The notes: a model not told the origin generated them from the sequence alone. DNA of 64,000 nt from Torpedo marmorata (GCA_977017645.1 OZ360225.1:69874001-69938000), one strand, 5' to 3'. Positions 12,520 to 26,400 are shown, counted from the stretch's first letter. Made by a program: numbers and translations.

Positions 12520-13110
12520 TGATGATGAAGACAGTGCATTTGTTGTGGTCTACATATGGATTATAGCAAGGTTTTGGATAAGGTATTATGTGGCAAGCTG
12601 GTCAAAGGGAGAGTGCCAATTGGATCAAATTGTTCTCAGTGGAAAAAAGCAAATTGTGATGAATGATTTTATTTCTTAAAGTTTATGCCCACTGATCCTT
12701 AAAAGTCACAAGGTGGATCAATAAAAATTTAGGAAGACATGCAGAATGCTTTCTTTCATTAGCTAATACAGAGAATATAGGAGAAAAGTGGTTATGCTAG
12801 AACTGCATACTACACTTGTTAGACCACAGCTCAAGAACTCTCCATAGGTGTGGTCACCATGTTGCAGGAAAGATTTACCCAGAATGGAAAATAGTAGCTT
12901 GGAGGAAAATTGGACAAACTGGGTCTTTTTTTTTTGGAATAGACGAGGACAAGGGCAGACTAAATTCAGGTAAATAAAATTATGAGGGGTCTAGGTTGCA
13001 AATATTTTGGATGTATTTCCCTTAGTAGAGAAATCAGAAACTAAGTATTCAAAGTAATTGGCAGTATTAATGGGAGCACGAGGAAAGTATTTTCATCTAA
13101 AAGGTGTTGG
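12520..13110 (+). mobile_element. Old, highly decayed CR1 fragment
   Basis: Degenerate nucleotide similarity to the CR1 copies at 8.4 kb and 35.1 kb (e.g. ACACTTGTTAGACCACAGCT, TGGTCACCATGTTGCAGGAAAGAT). Confidence 0.55.
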
Positions 13111-13244
13111 AACCTGTCCACAGCCCTGATTTTGCATTATGCTTGTTGTCCCTGCTCAACATAGCTCAGTCTTGAAAATTTAAAATATCACAACCTGTGG
13201 GGTTAGGATTTACAACTGCATTCTTGACCATTCAGTGAATACTT

Positions 13245-13500
13245 AAATTTAAATTTAGACATACAGCATGGTTACAGGCCCTTTTCGCCCATGAGCCCAT
13301 GCTGCCCAATTACACACAATTAACCTACAACCCCGGTACGTTTTTTGAATGGTGGGAGGAAACCAGAGCCCCTGGGGAAAACCCATGCAGACACGGGGAG
13401 AACGTACAAACTCCTTCCAGACCGCGGGGGATTCAAACCCCGGTCCCGATCGCTGGCGCTGTAACAGCATTGCGCTAACCGCTACGCTAACTGTGCCCCC
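13245..13500 (-). mobile_element. tRNA-derived V-domain SINE, young family
   Basis: Closely similar to copies at 25.3, 26.15 and 62.3 kb. The reverse complement has A/B boxes, GTTTGTACGTTCTCCCCGTG core and a CTGTATGTCTAAATTTAAA tail. Confidence 0.88.
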
Positions 13501-13779
13501 CCTGCTTGTTTATTATTGATGTGTTTCACTTTATAAATGACCTGGCACTAACTTTAAGATTGTGTCCTTTCTTCTGGAAATCCTAAAGAAGCACACCACC
13601 TCCCATACTATCCACCACCTGCACGGCAGTGGTAGGGGCCTGCTATTCCCATCATCATCATCAATGTCATTCCCATCATATTCCCATTGTCATCATCAGC
13701 CACCTCAGAACACAGAACTGGAGCAGAAGCATGACATCCTTGATCCCAAGGGGCTGTCCAGGAGAAGGATTCTCCTAAC

Positions 13780-14015
13780 GGCTCCTACTGTGTGGATTTC
13801 TTCCAGGACCTCTGGTTTCCTTCCACATCCCAAAGACATGCGAGTTGGTAGATTAATTTGCCACTGTAAAATTGCCCGAAGTGTGTAGGTGAGTGCTGGA
13901 ATTTTGGGGAAGTTGATAGGAATGTGTAGAGAATAAAATGGATTATGTAAATAGGTGCTTGATTATTGACATTGGCTCAGTGGGCCAAAGGGCCCGTTTC
14001 CATGTAGCATGACTC
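13780..14015 (+). mobile_element. HE1-like SINE fragment
   Basis: GTGTGGATTTC..TCTGGTTTCCTTCCACATCCCAAAGACATGC core and GGGCCAAAGGGCCCGTTTCCATG CR1-derived tail. Confidence 0.7.
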
Positions 14016-14799
14016 TGAGCACATTCCAAGGGCACATTAAAAATATATGGGCAACAAAGTTTTAATTAAAATTGATTATCGATACTCAGATTTCAAATAA
14101 AAAATAAATGGATGAAACCAACTGACCTTCTTTCACATGCACTGTTGTATCCAGAATATACTGTATATTAACCTAATATAAAACTGTGCTGGGATCTGCA
14201 TCAGTTCGCTACTGGAAGCTTAATTGTTCCCTAATAATCAAGATGTAAATGAATTCTGGAGCCTACTGAATCTGTGATTCTCATAACTCAAACAATGCTA
14301 GGATGTCACAAATAGGGAGGCAGGGGACTTCCACTACGTTCTGAGGAACAGTCCAGCAGTGTTCCCTGTCTGGCCCTTGGTTGTGCTCAGTAAGTCTATG
14401 ACGGTACCTTGTGCAGCGTGTGTATCCATTCTGCCACTTATGCCTGCCTTTACTGTTGCTGATGCACATGAGGAGCTTGCATCTCTATGCACAGCCCTAT
14501 TCCACAACCATAGGCTGAACATGCACCTGAGGCAGTGAAAATCACAGACCAGACACTGCTTTGGGCCAGTTACTCCAATGTAGAAATAGTTTTGATATCA
14601 ATTTTCCTTTCAGAAAAATGAGCAGGCACCTGTAGACCACTTGGAGTTCCCTTTACTTTGCCTATAGCAATACCATTTGGAGATGTGATAAATCACTTTT
14701 TACAATAATGTTATTGCAGGGAGAAAATCTAGCTCCTTAAACATTTGGATGATTGCTGCCGTACTTTAGCTTCTGTACAATACAAATAGTTGGAATGGA

Positions 14800-15130
14800 T
14801 CAATTGGTCATGTTTACTACCAGGTTGGAACATTATGGATTCAACATACAACCACTGTTTGAGTGGGTACTATTTCAGCTGTCATTGCACGGAAGAGCAC
14901 TGCACTGTCAGAAGAGACCACCTTTTGATGAAACATTAAACTGAGATGTCACCTGCTCTTTCATGCAGACATAAGACACTACAGTGCAACAGTTGTAATC
15001 TGTGCTCCTGTCCCATAATTATCAGTAAATGTAGAACAGCTGATTGTTTTGTTGTTATTGGATCTTGCATTGTGCAAAGTGACAGCCAATCTAGCTCCAC
15101 AGTGTCTGTAGTAATTAATGGAACATAACT
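14800..15130 (+). mobile_element. Old Deu-domain SINE, degenerate
   Basis: GCACTGCACTGTCAGAAG..CCTTTTGATGAAACATTAAACTGAG resembles the Deu-SINE body. Confidence 0.5.
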
Positions 15131-15674
15131 TAAGATAAATAGGCTTTTATTGTTAATCATATGATATATAGAACTGTATTTAATGAGGGAAAACAAAAAC
15201 CTATCTTTGAAAAAAAAATCAATATGAGAATACAATAGGGATATTATGGAATGTTGTATCAAAAAAAATTGTCCTAAACCATTCACTCTGCACTCTTTAT
15301 CACTCATCTAAATTTTCTGGTCCCTGTGGTGGGGGTATGTTTAAATATTTATCTGCTGGCAAAGGCCTTGTATAGATTCTGCTGTGGCTGAAGCCCAGTG
15401 CCCGCTCAATGTGTATAAGGCTGTACAGTCACTGGTTTGCCATTTCCTCAGCTATAGTTGAGTGCACTAATCAATCATCTCATGCTGTTTGGGTCAGTAA
15501 CTTCTGAATGCTTGTTCAGCACTGAAGAGGCAGCTTGCTGGTTTCCACAAGGATGTTGGCTGGCTGCAACACAAGCAGCAGATGCATTTTGGCCCTGGAA
15601 AGTGGGTTGTTAGGACTAGGAGGCAAAGTCAGAGTGGAATGAGCAGGAATTACAATATTGTTGTGGGTCTAAGG

Positions 15675-16050
15675 CAGTGGTTTTCAAACTTTTTCTTTCC
15701 ACTCACATACCACCTTAAGCAATCCCTATGCCATAGGTGCTCTGTGATTAGTAAGGGATTACATAAGGTGGTATGTGAGTGGGGAAAAAAAGGTTGAGAA
15801 CCACTGCTCTAGACCCAATTGTTACTGAAATATTTTGCTTGAGAAAAATTGTCATTGGCCCATTTCCTTTGGAGTTATGAAACCGTGTACATAACGAGTT
15901 AATGAGGTACGATTAAAACAGTGGTTTTCAAACTTTTTCTTTCCATTCACATACCACCTTAAGTAATCCCTTACTAATCACAGAGCACCTATGGCATAGG
16001 GATTACTTAAAGTGGTATGTGAGTGGAAAGAAAAAGTTTGAAAACCACTG
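15675..16050. mobile_element. Composite hAT/Charlie-type MITE (two hairpin units plus 112-bp spacer)
   Basis: Units 15675-15806 and 15919-16050 are each bounded by CAGTGGTT..AACCACTG. Outer 8-bp TSD GTCTAAGG (15667-15674) and ATCTAAGG (16051-16058). Confidence 0.9.
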
Positions 16051-19000
16051 ATCTAAGGAATACCCTCATCTTTCTCGCAACGTCCTCAAAAATGTATTTA
16101 GTGAATTAATGGTCCAAGATTCTAACCAATTTTGTCCTTTGCAATCCATGTGATAGTATTTCATTTGGATTAACTGGATAGTAAGTATAATGACAGTCTG
16201 TAACCACAAATATTAGCAGATTAGCAGTGGACCAAAACGTTATTCTGCTGTAATTGGAGCTAGACATCAAACATTATAATTCATCAGAATTATAATTCAT
16301 TCATATTAGAAATAGATTAAAGATATGAGGCTGCAGGACTTTTCACAATCTTTCTATGTACCTATATGAATAGTGATCTGGTCAATAAGGTATGGTTTCT
16401 GATTCTAGAGATGTCAGCTAATGTTCCACTGGTATTTACACTTTGACTAATGGTGCATTCCCTCTCAAGGGAAGATGATTTGGATGCTTGTAACTTCATA
16501 TTGAGGTGAGTTCTACCAAATAATTTATTGTGGGTCAGGTCATTTAATGTCTTGTTAACTTTCAACTCCCTGTGAAGGATGAACTATAGCATTATTTAAG
16601 AATATTCTGTGTTTGCCTCTCAATTGGGAAAAGCAAAATCTCAAAAATTTCAGATTTATGATATCATGTAGTGATGTAATTATATGATCTGAATTTAATA
16701 TGGATTGGATTTTCTTGAAATTAGAAATTTTGCTAATAGGATACAACTGGTGTTTAAATAACATTGTTGAAGTCGAAGACACATTGGAGTTTATGATAAT
16801 AGTTTGTGAAGAAAGCAAGTAAGATGAAAGATTTTTCTGAGACCACAATTGGCATGAAATTTGTCATCATTACACTTGATGCTGTTTTGTAAAGTTACAG
16901 AATCTCCTGAAGCTCCACTATTACCTACAATGAAAATTTTATGCTACATTTCCATGGTCTCTGCTGTCTGCATAAACAAGCACAGGATGATTGATGGGAA
17001 TGTCATCTTCGCAAAGTAACAAATGTCGAACAGCGGTAGGCTTAAAGGAAGATAATAGAAAAGTGAATGAGAGTGCATGAGATAGGAAATTTAAGTTGCA
17101 TACAGAAGGAGATAAATTTACTATATTAGACTTCAATAATAGATTTATAGCAAACAATAGGACAATGCTTACAAATGTTTTAATGCATATAGATTTAACC
17201 AATTTATGGTTAGCTGCATTTCTAATGCACCAGATGTGTTTATTGAAGAGCTGCTGATTTAGTTTCATTAGAATTGATTAACAAATGCAATCAATATGCC
17301 ATTGAGTCAAGTGCTATGCCTCAGATACAGCACAATGCTCAGGTCACGTCCAGCCTTGCTTATGGTAATGAAATAAGCGCTGAAATATATTCATGAATCT
17401 CTGCTATTAGAGTATCAATTGACATGTTGTTCGCTTTGTCGCACTTGTCATTTGGAGAGTATTACAGAAGGAAGTAGCAAAAGAAATCACAGGCTGATTA
17501 ATGGCTCTGCTCTTTCCGTGGTGTTAACCACCTTTACACTAGCAAGTAGTCCTACAAGGAAGGAGACTTTTATGGGCTCCCACAAACCAATGAGGGAAAA
17601 CCACCCATCCCAGAGATTAGTATCCCAGAGAAAACTAAAGAATTATTCAGAGTAAAATAATTTACTTTGCATGCAGGGATTTTCTGCTGCAAAAATAGCA
17701 AGGAGTGCTGTCACTGAGCTAAAAATTAACTTCCATCAAATGAAATTGAATTAAAAGTATACAATCCGTGTGATCACATAACACCAATCTATGCATTTAT
17801 TTGGAAGGTTTAACATAAGAAACTTCATAGAAATGTAATTAAATACAAATTAACACATTCAAAGAAGAGGTTGTCACTAAAGCTTGGCCCAAGCAGAAGA
17901 TTTTTAACAACATCTTAAAGAAGGAAAGAGAAGAGATTTAGGGATTGAATTCCAGAGTTTAGAGCTTAGATCTAGAATGCTCATGAGTACTGGTTGAGGG
18001 AAGATGTATATTTTTAACCAGCCAGAACTGGAGGAATGTAAAGTTAATGGACAGTTGTATGGCTTGGGGGAATGACAGAGATAGGAAGGAGTGAGTTAGT
18101 AGAGGGAATTAAATATGATAATTTTAGCATTGATGTGAACTGAAAGCCATTGTAGGTCTGCAGTTGCAGGGATACAGTAAAACTCCAATAATCCTGCATC
18201 CTGTTTTTCAGAAATCTCACCATTCTGGCATCTGGCTCACTCATTAATCCTGAAAAGGGAGCCGGGGATCCAGAGTGCCAGTGGATGTGCAGGCAGACAA
18301 AGGATGCAGAGTATGGCTGGTGCCAGGGTCCAGACTGAACTGTATGTTTGGCTGGGGTTGGGGCCCAGACACCAGGGGTCAGAACATGAGTAGGTTTGTG
18401 GCTGGAGCCAGGGTCTGGAATGCTTCTATATTTCGTGCTCTCTTTTACTCACTGGTTTCACTGGAAAATTTGTATCATTAACATGTGTAAAAAAAAAATA
18501 AAGGAAAAGTGTTTTTGGCTATTAATATGATTAACATCCAACAGTGAGGAAAAAACACTTGTCTAGTACTACCAATGTCCCAAATGTGTCTGATTATCAG
18601 AGTTTGACGATGGGCAAATAATACATTTTTTTTGCAGGCAGCAGAATTTTGGATGAGAACGTTTATGGAGGACTGCCAGGAACCAGAATTGTTGTCTTAA
18701 GAATAAGGAAACTATGCCTGAGTATTTCAGAAGCAAATGAGCTGAGGCAGATGTACATTCCCCTGAGTCAATGTTTAATCTTAAGTATGATACTTCTAAC
18801 TGAATATTAAATTAATAATATAAAGGAATACCAAAAGTATTTGATGCAGATTTACTGTGACCAGTGGGCACAGTTCTGAATTTAGTTTCCAAAAATATTG
18901 TGCTCTGTAGTTTATGCTTGACATTGTTATACTTTATGAAATACTTTTTGAACTGCACCTTCACATATTCGCTTTGTTCACAGTATGAACTACAGTCACA

Positions 19001-20216
19001 GCCATTGCGTTGAACTTGAATGGTTAGCAATGGGATTTTCTTGTCCTGGAGGAGTTCAAATCATATTGATGTCCAGAAAAGAATTAAAGAAATATGACAC
19101 TTGCAGCACACAAGCGCTTTGAGGGCAGCATTTAAATCTCTTCAGTGTAAAGCGTCACAGTCAGTGCTTAATCATATTTACAGATCAGACTTCATTTGTT
19201 GGGATGATCAGACATCTTTATTTACAAGGAAATCAAACTTAATATTGTGGGAAATGAGTCATGATATTTAGAAGACATCATGCATACCCGTGGCAATCAG
19301 TTACCACACTGTAATTACATGGACTTTGAAGAAAAAATGAAATTGTTTTAAAGCAAGTCCTCCACAGTGAACAGAAGGAATCATTTTTAACCCACTTAAC
19401 TGAGCGCTAAACAGATGCCTAATATTTTACAAATACTTTTCGAATCAGACTGCCATTGCAGACTTGTAATTACAGAGCAAATGTGCCCGAAGCTAGGTAA
19501 TAAATCTGATGTAATCTCTGTGTGCATTAAGGAGATTAAAGGGGGCTGTTTGTGTATCAAGCTCTGAGAATTTGAGTATGGATATCCCCATATATTGTAG
19601 ACAACCCCCACTCATGTCTAAGGTCAGAGTCTTGTGATTTCAGCTATCAAAAATTGGGTCCAAAAAGGTTTTTACACAGACCTGGATAATCTGGATAGAA
19701 CCAGCATCCTTCGAGTGCATCAATAGTAAGAAGTAAAATTAAATTAAAAGCTCATAAAATGAAATATGTTTCATATTAGCCACTTGACACTTAATTTGCC
19801 TCTGAATAAGGAAGGAAATCACAAATTAACCTGCTTATGTTTTTCTAGGCAGGTCTTATTAGGGTTAGTAATAACCGCAATTATCTCTGTGATAATATTA
19901 ACCTATGTGTGTATGAATATGTACTCAAATGTGGCACCTTCGATGCATTTCTAAGTCAAGTGCAACCTTCTTGTCTTGGTTCATTAGGCAGAATTATTCT
20001 TGCAATAGAAGCAGTGCTGTGCAGCACAGTGTGGAACCATTGGATGTGGTCAGGCCTCAAACTTTAGCAACCTAATAGATATGCATTCCTCTCAGTGGAG
20101 GTTTCTGATGCTTTTACTCTGTTATTCCTTTACCCTTGCTGGTCTAAAATAAAAGTTTTTGTTTTCTACTTTTGCAAAGCTATGCAAAGAGTGGAGTTTC
20201 TATAAGCAAGGCGAGG

Positions 20217-20930
20217 CGTTAGCGAAACCAAGGAGATGATTGTGGACTTCTGGAGGAAGTCAGGGGAACACGACCCAGTCCTCATCGAGGGCTCAGTAGT
20301 GGAGAGGGTCAATAACTTCAAATTCCTGGGTGTCAACATCTCCGAGGATCTGTCCTGGAGCCTCCGTGTTGATGCAATCACAAAGAAGGCTCGCCAGCGG
20401 CTATACTTTGTGAGGTGTCTGAGGAGATTCGGTATGTCATCGAAGACTCTCGAAATCTTCTACAGGTGTACCGTGGAGAGCATTCTGGCTGGTTGCATCA
20501 CTGCCTGGTATGGAGGCGCCAACTCTCAGGACAAGAATAACTCCAGAGGGTTGTTAACTCAGCCTGTGACATCACAGGCACCAGACTTCACTCCATCGAG
20601 GACATCTACAAGAGGCGGTGTCTTAAAAAAGCAGCCTTCATCCTCAAAGATCCCCACCACCCAGGCCATGCCCTCTTCACTCTGCTACCATTGGGAAAAA
20701 GGTACAGGAGCCTAAAGACGAGCACTCAATGGCACAAGGACAGCTTCTTCCCCGCTGCCATCAGATTCCTGAATAATCAATGAACCAAAGACACTGCCTT
20801 ACTTTTCATGCACTATTATTTTTTTTATAGTAATATTGTAAGATGGTTATAATATGAATGTTTGCACTATGATGCTGCCGCAAAACACCGAATTTCATGA
20901 CTTGTTCATGACAATAAATTCTGATTCGGA
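20217..20930 (+). mobile_element. Rex1/Babar LINE, 5'-truncated young copy
   Basis: [13 protein letters not shown]...[43 protein letters not shown]. The 3' end is ATGACAATAAATTCTGATTC. Near-identical to 53886-54610 in reverse. Confidence 0.92.
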
Positions 20931-22489
20931 ATCTTGCAGGCATCTGCAGTACTTTGCAATGTGTTTGCCAATGCCTCAGCAGGACTGAGTGCGCACATTC
21001 TTAGCCCTAGCATCAGTGAAATAGCAATAGGCTAGTTTCTCAAAGTATTTCAGTTTGTGTTGTGAAACTCCTCTGATGATTTTCTAGATTTGGAAATAGT
21101 GCTCTGAGACCATCAATTTTATTAAAAATATTAACAGTTCAAATTGTATTTTATTTCCTCTACTTTGTTGCTAACTCAGCTCAAGGGATCAAATTTACAC
21201 ATAATATCTAGCTATTCCAAGTGAATCAACAAAACTTTTAAAGAGATCATAACATATTGTAGGCTAAATGCAATATGCCAATGCCAGTGTATAAGTAGGC
21301 TTACAAAATAATAGGGAGGAAAGAGGATTGTAAATTGGGCTTCAGAGTTATAATGCAGGAAATTATCCAAAAGGTGGTTACTTTCTGGCAGTTAAAACTT
21401 TTTAGATGTTGTCAACAGTAATCACCTGCAGAATGGAGCCTAAAAATAGCATAGTGATTGAAGAACTGTGGAATTTAGTGCAAGAAACTGCTGTGAAGTT
21501 ATTTGCGCTGTAGTCAGCAGTATTAGTCAAGCAAGGATATATTGAGTGAAACATTCACATGCACTGAAGCAGAATTAAGCCTCACCCTTTAGAGGCCACC
21601 ATTAAACCTGTTGCAGCTTCTAGTCTGCGAGGAAGTGGACTGTGACAGTCTTCTCAAAACAAAGCTTGAAAGAGTATTAAAGGCAAGGATATCTTGCAGC
21701 AGGGCAGAACAGAAAGCTTAGCCATTATCTTAACTGCTTTGCCTCAGAAGATGCAGAACAAAGAGAAAATAAAGTATTTGTTTTTGAATGTTGACTTTAC
21801 TGACCTGTCCAAAACAAAACCAAATTCAGAATTAATTGGAAAACCATTCAGTGTTTCCCTTTGCCTGCAATAATCTAAGATGAGAGGATAATTACATTGA
21901 AGTTAGAAGTTCGTGCTATGGAGTTTGTGGCGTTTCAGGAGAGTCTGTCAGCTGTAAACATGGTACAGGTACTATTAAAGGACAGAAAATGTTCTTTACT
22001 TAAAAAAAAAAAGCCTTAGAATCACCCACAATATAATAGGGCAGACATTGACAACCATGTTCATTTGTTGTAATCTGAGTGTTTCCAGGCTCCTTGCCAG
22101 AGTAAAGCATGCGTTCTATATTGGACTCAGAAGAATGTTGCAGCCGGAAGAAAATGTCCTATTTGTTGAATTATTGCTGCATCTTAACTAGAGATGAACA
22201 AAAGCCCTGCATATTCCAGACCCTCATTTAGCTGCAAGTACAGAGTTGATACTTTTTGTTGATTTCACTGGTGTAACTTACTGCAAAGCTACATTAAAAC
22301 GATCACAGAGCTTTTGTTTGGTCAAGTGAAAGGATTGATCTTGCCTTCATGGACAATAATGAATGAACTCTATCATGTGCCATAGCAAATATGGCTTTTA
22401 AAGTAGATACTGAAACGATGCAAATACTGCAAGAGACAGGGTTTTGCCAGGCATTTCAGATATTACATTATATAAATTATGACATATTA

Positions 22490-22880
22490 CTGAGTGACAG
22501 CTAGTAGAGTTGCTACCCTGGGTACTGTCCAGTTTTGGTTTCCTCCTACATCCCAAGGTCTTGTGGGTTGATAGCTTAATTTGCCACAGTAAATTGAATT
22601 GTTTATTGTATCATGTACCAAAACACAATGAAAAACTTTGTTTTGCATGTTATCAAGGGAAGTTGACCCATACTTAAGTACAGCAGATAATGCAATAACA
22701 AAACAAAAGTGCAAGGTATAGTCTTACAGTAACTCAAATTTCCCCTAGTATGTCAGTGAATGTTAGATTCTTGGGGGGAGAGGATGGCATGTGAGTTCAT
22801 TAAAAAGTGGGGAGAATAAAAAATGGGATCCCGAACAGATTAGATGATGATTGGCATTCTCGTTGGGTTGAAAGGCTTGT
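22490..22880 (+). mobile_element. Decayed HE1-like SINE with an internal LINE-tail insertion
   Basis: GGTTTCCTCCTACATCCCAAGG core and GGGTTGAAAGGCTTGTTTCCATGCT tail, interrupted around 22590-22730 by a reverse TTTATTGT...-type 3' end. Confidence 0.5.
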
Positions 22881-24249
22881 TTCCATGCTTTCTCTCTTGG
22901 TTCTTGGAGTCTAAAATATTAACAAATTGCAATTCATTTACAATTTTTAATGGATGTTTCAATTTTTTATTGCATGGTTATTTGGTTAAATATTTGTTGG
23001 TCCATTCTAATGTTGTGTCTTTTTCCTCTCTTTTTCATTTGCTCTTTTTCTTTCTCATCCTTTTTACTTTAGTTTTCTGGCGCTCCTTTATTTAGTTTTT
23101 CAATTTACACCTCTTTTATCTTTTTGAGCTTCCTTTGCTCAACTTGTTTACTTCCCTCTGTCCTTTTGCTTCTGATCTATTTGACTTGTTTTTCTGTACT
23201 CCATTCAATGTACCTTATTTGGCTCTTTATGCCTTTCATCTTCCACTCATTCAGCTGCAGTATCTCTACACCACTCTCAATGGGTGCCTTATGTCTCACT
23301 TGTGTTGGCCACTTCTATTTGCATGCTTTTCTTGTTTAATTTCCCTCAGTTTTGTCATTCCACTTTAGAAAAACTAGACCTTGTGTGTACATTTGACCCC
23401 CTGTGCTGTTAGAAACAAAATAGAGAAAGCAAAATAGAACTTGAACTGTTAATATTGTTGAAGACTCTTAAACCCTCCATGTTTCATAGACTTGCGAACT
23501 ATTCCATTATTTTGGATAGAATGCTACATCTGTCTGATTAGGATATGAAATACTCCTTTGTTCTTCAAATTTTGAACTTATCTGTTGTATACTTATAACT
23601 GAAGGCACTCACCAGTGAGCAAGATGAAGAAAATTATTGCCAATTAGTATGTTTCTCTGTTAGCAGTGGTCCAACTAGTGGCATATACAGCTGTAGCATA
23701 ACCGTCCTATAGTATTCTGTGCCACAGCTAATAAAGGAAAGGTTGAGATTGCCTTTATAGTCACCTTTTTGACCAGTCCTGCAGAATGAACACTCAAGAT
23801 CCATTTTGTTTCTCCAAATCATAGCGTTTGTTGCTAAAAAGGAAAATCAGGAAAGCAAAGAGAAGGTATGAAAATAAGAATGACAAGTAAAACCAAAAAT
23901 TTGTTACAAATACATAATGCGAAAAAAGTAATTGTTGAACAAGTAGAATCTTTCCAAAAAACCTCACACTTTATTTAATTTCATTTTTTGCCTAAATGAT
24001 TGACCTTCAATACCTTCACACAGTATGAATCTTTATTGCTCACTGCCAACTACATGGCCAATTTTTGAACTATTGCAGACTTCTTCATCATACCCTCTGT
24101 ATTAGATGTACATTACATATAGATTACTGAAACCACTGATAATATTTTCCAGTCACAGAAATTTCCATCAACCATTAACCTTTGCTTTCTGCCACTAAGA
24201 CAAATTTGAATCCAGTTTGCCAGTCTCCTTTGGATCCTGCAGATTATAT

Positions 24250-24765
24250 AGTTCAAGTTTATTGTCATCCAATTGTACAGGTACATATACAACCCAATAA
24301 AACAGTGCATCTCCAGACCATAGTGTACACAAACAGACACACAGTGCATCCTACACACAAACGACATATATACATAGCGATCCAAAATAAATATATAAAT
24401 AATTTGCGCATTTATAAGATTGTTCAACAGTTTCACCGCCTGTGGGAAGAAGCCATTTCCCAGCCTGGCAGTCCTGGTTTTTATGTTCCTGTACCTCTTC
24501 CTTGAAGGTAGTGTCTCAAAGATACTGTGGGCTGGATGGTAAGGGTCCTCAATGATTCTCTGAGCCCCCTTTAAGCACTGCTCCATGTAGATACCGTCGA
24601 TAGAGGGAAGAGAGACCCCAGTGATCTTCTCAGAAGTTTTAATCACCCTCTATACTGATCTCCAATCTGATTCTTTGCAGCTACCATACCATGATGTAGC
24701 CAGCCAGGACACTATTATGCTCCTGTAGAACATTGTTAGGATGGTGGCTGGTAGCCTTGCCCTCC
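24250..24765 (-). mobile_element. Rex1/Babar LINE 3' fragment nested in a CR1 remnant
   Basis: ORF 24113-24646: IKTSEKITGVSLPSIDGIYMEQCLKGAQRIIEDPYHPAHSIFETLPSRKRYR, then reading on into CR1-like LANWIQICLSGRKQRLMVDG. Confidence 0.8.
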
Positions 24766-25322
24766 TTTTCTTGACCAATCTGCCATGAAGAGCCTTGTCA
24801 AGACTCACACAAAAATCCACCAAATCATCAGCTCATTTTTTCTTAACTACACCAATGCTGTAATTCTACATTTTGATGAAAACAGATGCACAATATGAAA
24901 ACTCTACCTAAATCCTCTACCTCCATAGTTTATCTTTCAGGTCACGAATAAACCCCATTCTTAGTTTTTTATGCTCTATAGTTCTTCTAAAATATCTTGG
25001 GATGTTCTATCCACTCTCTCTTTGCTTTCCTAATTTCTATTTTAATTTCACTCCTGTGCTTCCTATACTCTTGCAGGTTCTTTGCTCTATTAAGCTCCCA
25101 TGTTTCCTTTTCAATGTCTTATCCTATCCTCCATTCATCTTGTCACCTCAGATTTAGCAGTCCTGTCCTTTTTGTTGCAACATACTTTTAATTCCATCAT
25201 TCTCCTTCTTAAGTGATCCCATTGCTCTGGTACTGCGTAGATGTTTCCAGTCAATTTCAACTGAAGTACTGTATTGAATAAAATTACCTCACCCCTATTC
25301 CTGTCTTATGGACCTGACATAC

Positions 25323-25585
25323 TTAGACATACATACATACAGACATGCAGCACGTTAACAGGCCCTTTCGGCCCATGAGCCCATGCCGCCCCAAATACAT
25401 CCAATTAACCTACAACCCCAGGTTAGTTTTGAAGGGTGGGAGGAAACCAGAGCACCCGGAGGAAACCCATGCAGACATTGGGAGAACGTACAAACTCCTA
25501 CAGACAGCATGGGATTCGAACCCCGGTCCCAATCGCTGGTGCTGTAACAGCGTTGCGCTAACCGCTGCGCTAACTGTGCCGCCAA
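25323..25585 (-). mobile_element. tRNA-derived V-domain SINE
   Basis: Same family as 13245-13500. Confidence 0.88.
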
Positions 25586-26149
25586 ACCTTTCCCATAACC
25601 ATGTTAAATTTAAGTGAATTATAATCACTACCACAAAATGCTTTTCCACATATACTGCCCACCTTAATTCCCTAAAACCAGAGTTGTTCCCCTACCCACC
25701 ATTCTCCTGGTTGAGCTTGCAACACAATGGCTGAAAAAAATGTTCTCCATATATAATGTAGGAACTTTGTTTCTTTTGTATCTTTTACACAGTATCTAGT
25801 TAATGTTCGGATAATAATTAACAGTCACTGCAACTGTTGACGCCTTTGTGTTTTTGCACTGGTCAGAAATCTGACTTCCAATCTGTTTAGAGTTGCCCTC
25901 AACTCATTTGACTTATTCACTGAGCTTCTTGAGTTAACGTATATATATCATTAAGCTCAGCAAAACTTTTTTTTCCAGAAGTAAAAAACTGCAGAAACTT
26001 TAAACCTAAATGTAAAACAGAAAACATATCAGGCAGCAATCCTGAAATATGAATTTTGTCTCACTATCCATGGATGCTGCCTGACTTTCTGAGTATTTAC
26101 AGAAATTTCTCTTTTTCTTTAAAATTTCTTTTAGTCTTTATAAAAAAAA

Positions 26150-26400
26150 ATTAGACATACAGCACGGTAACAGGCCATTTTGGCCCACTAGTCCGTGCCG
26201 CCCAATTTACACCCAATTAACCTACACCCCCCGATATGTTTCGAATGGTGGGAGGAAACTGGAGCCCTCGGGGAAAACCCACGCAGACACGGGGAGAACA
26301 TACAAACTCCTTACAGACAGCGTGGGATTCGAAGCCCAGTCTCGATCACTGGCGCTGTAAAGGTATTGCGCTAACTGCTACACCAACCGTGCCGCCCCTA
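26150..26400 (-). mobile_element. tRNA-derived V-domain SINE
   Basis: Same family as 13245-13500. Confidence 0.88.

Noticed and set aside
13245-13500. tRNA genes at SINE heads
   Set aside because: A/B boxes run into a SINE body and tail, with no complete cloverleaf.
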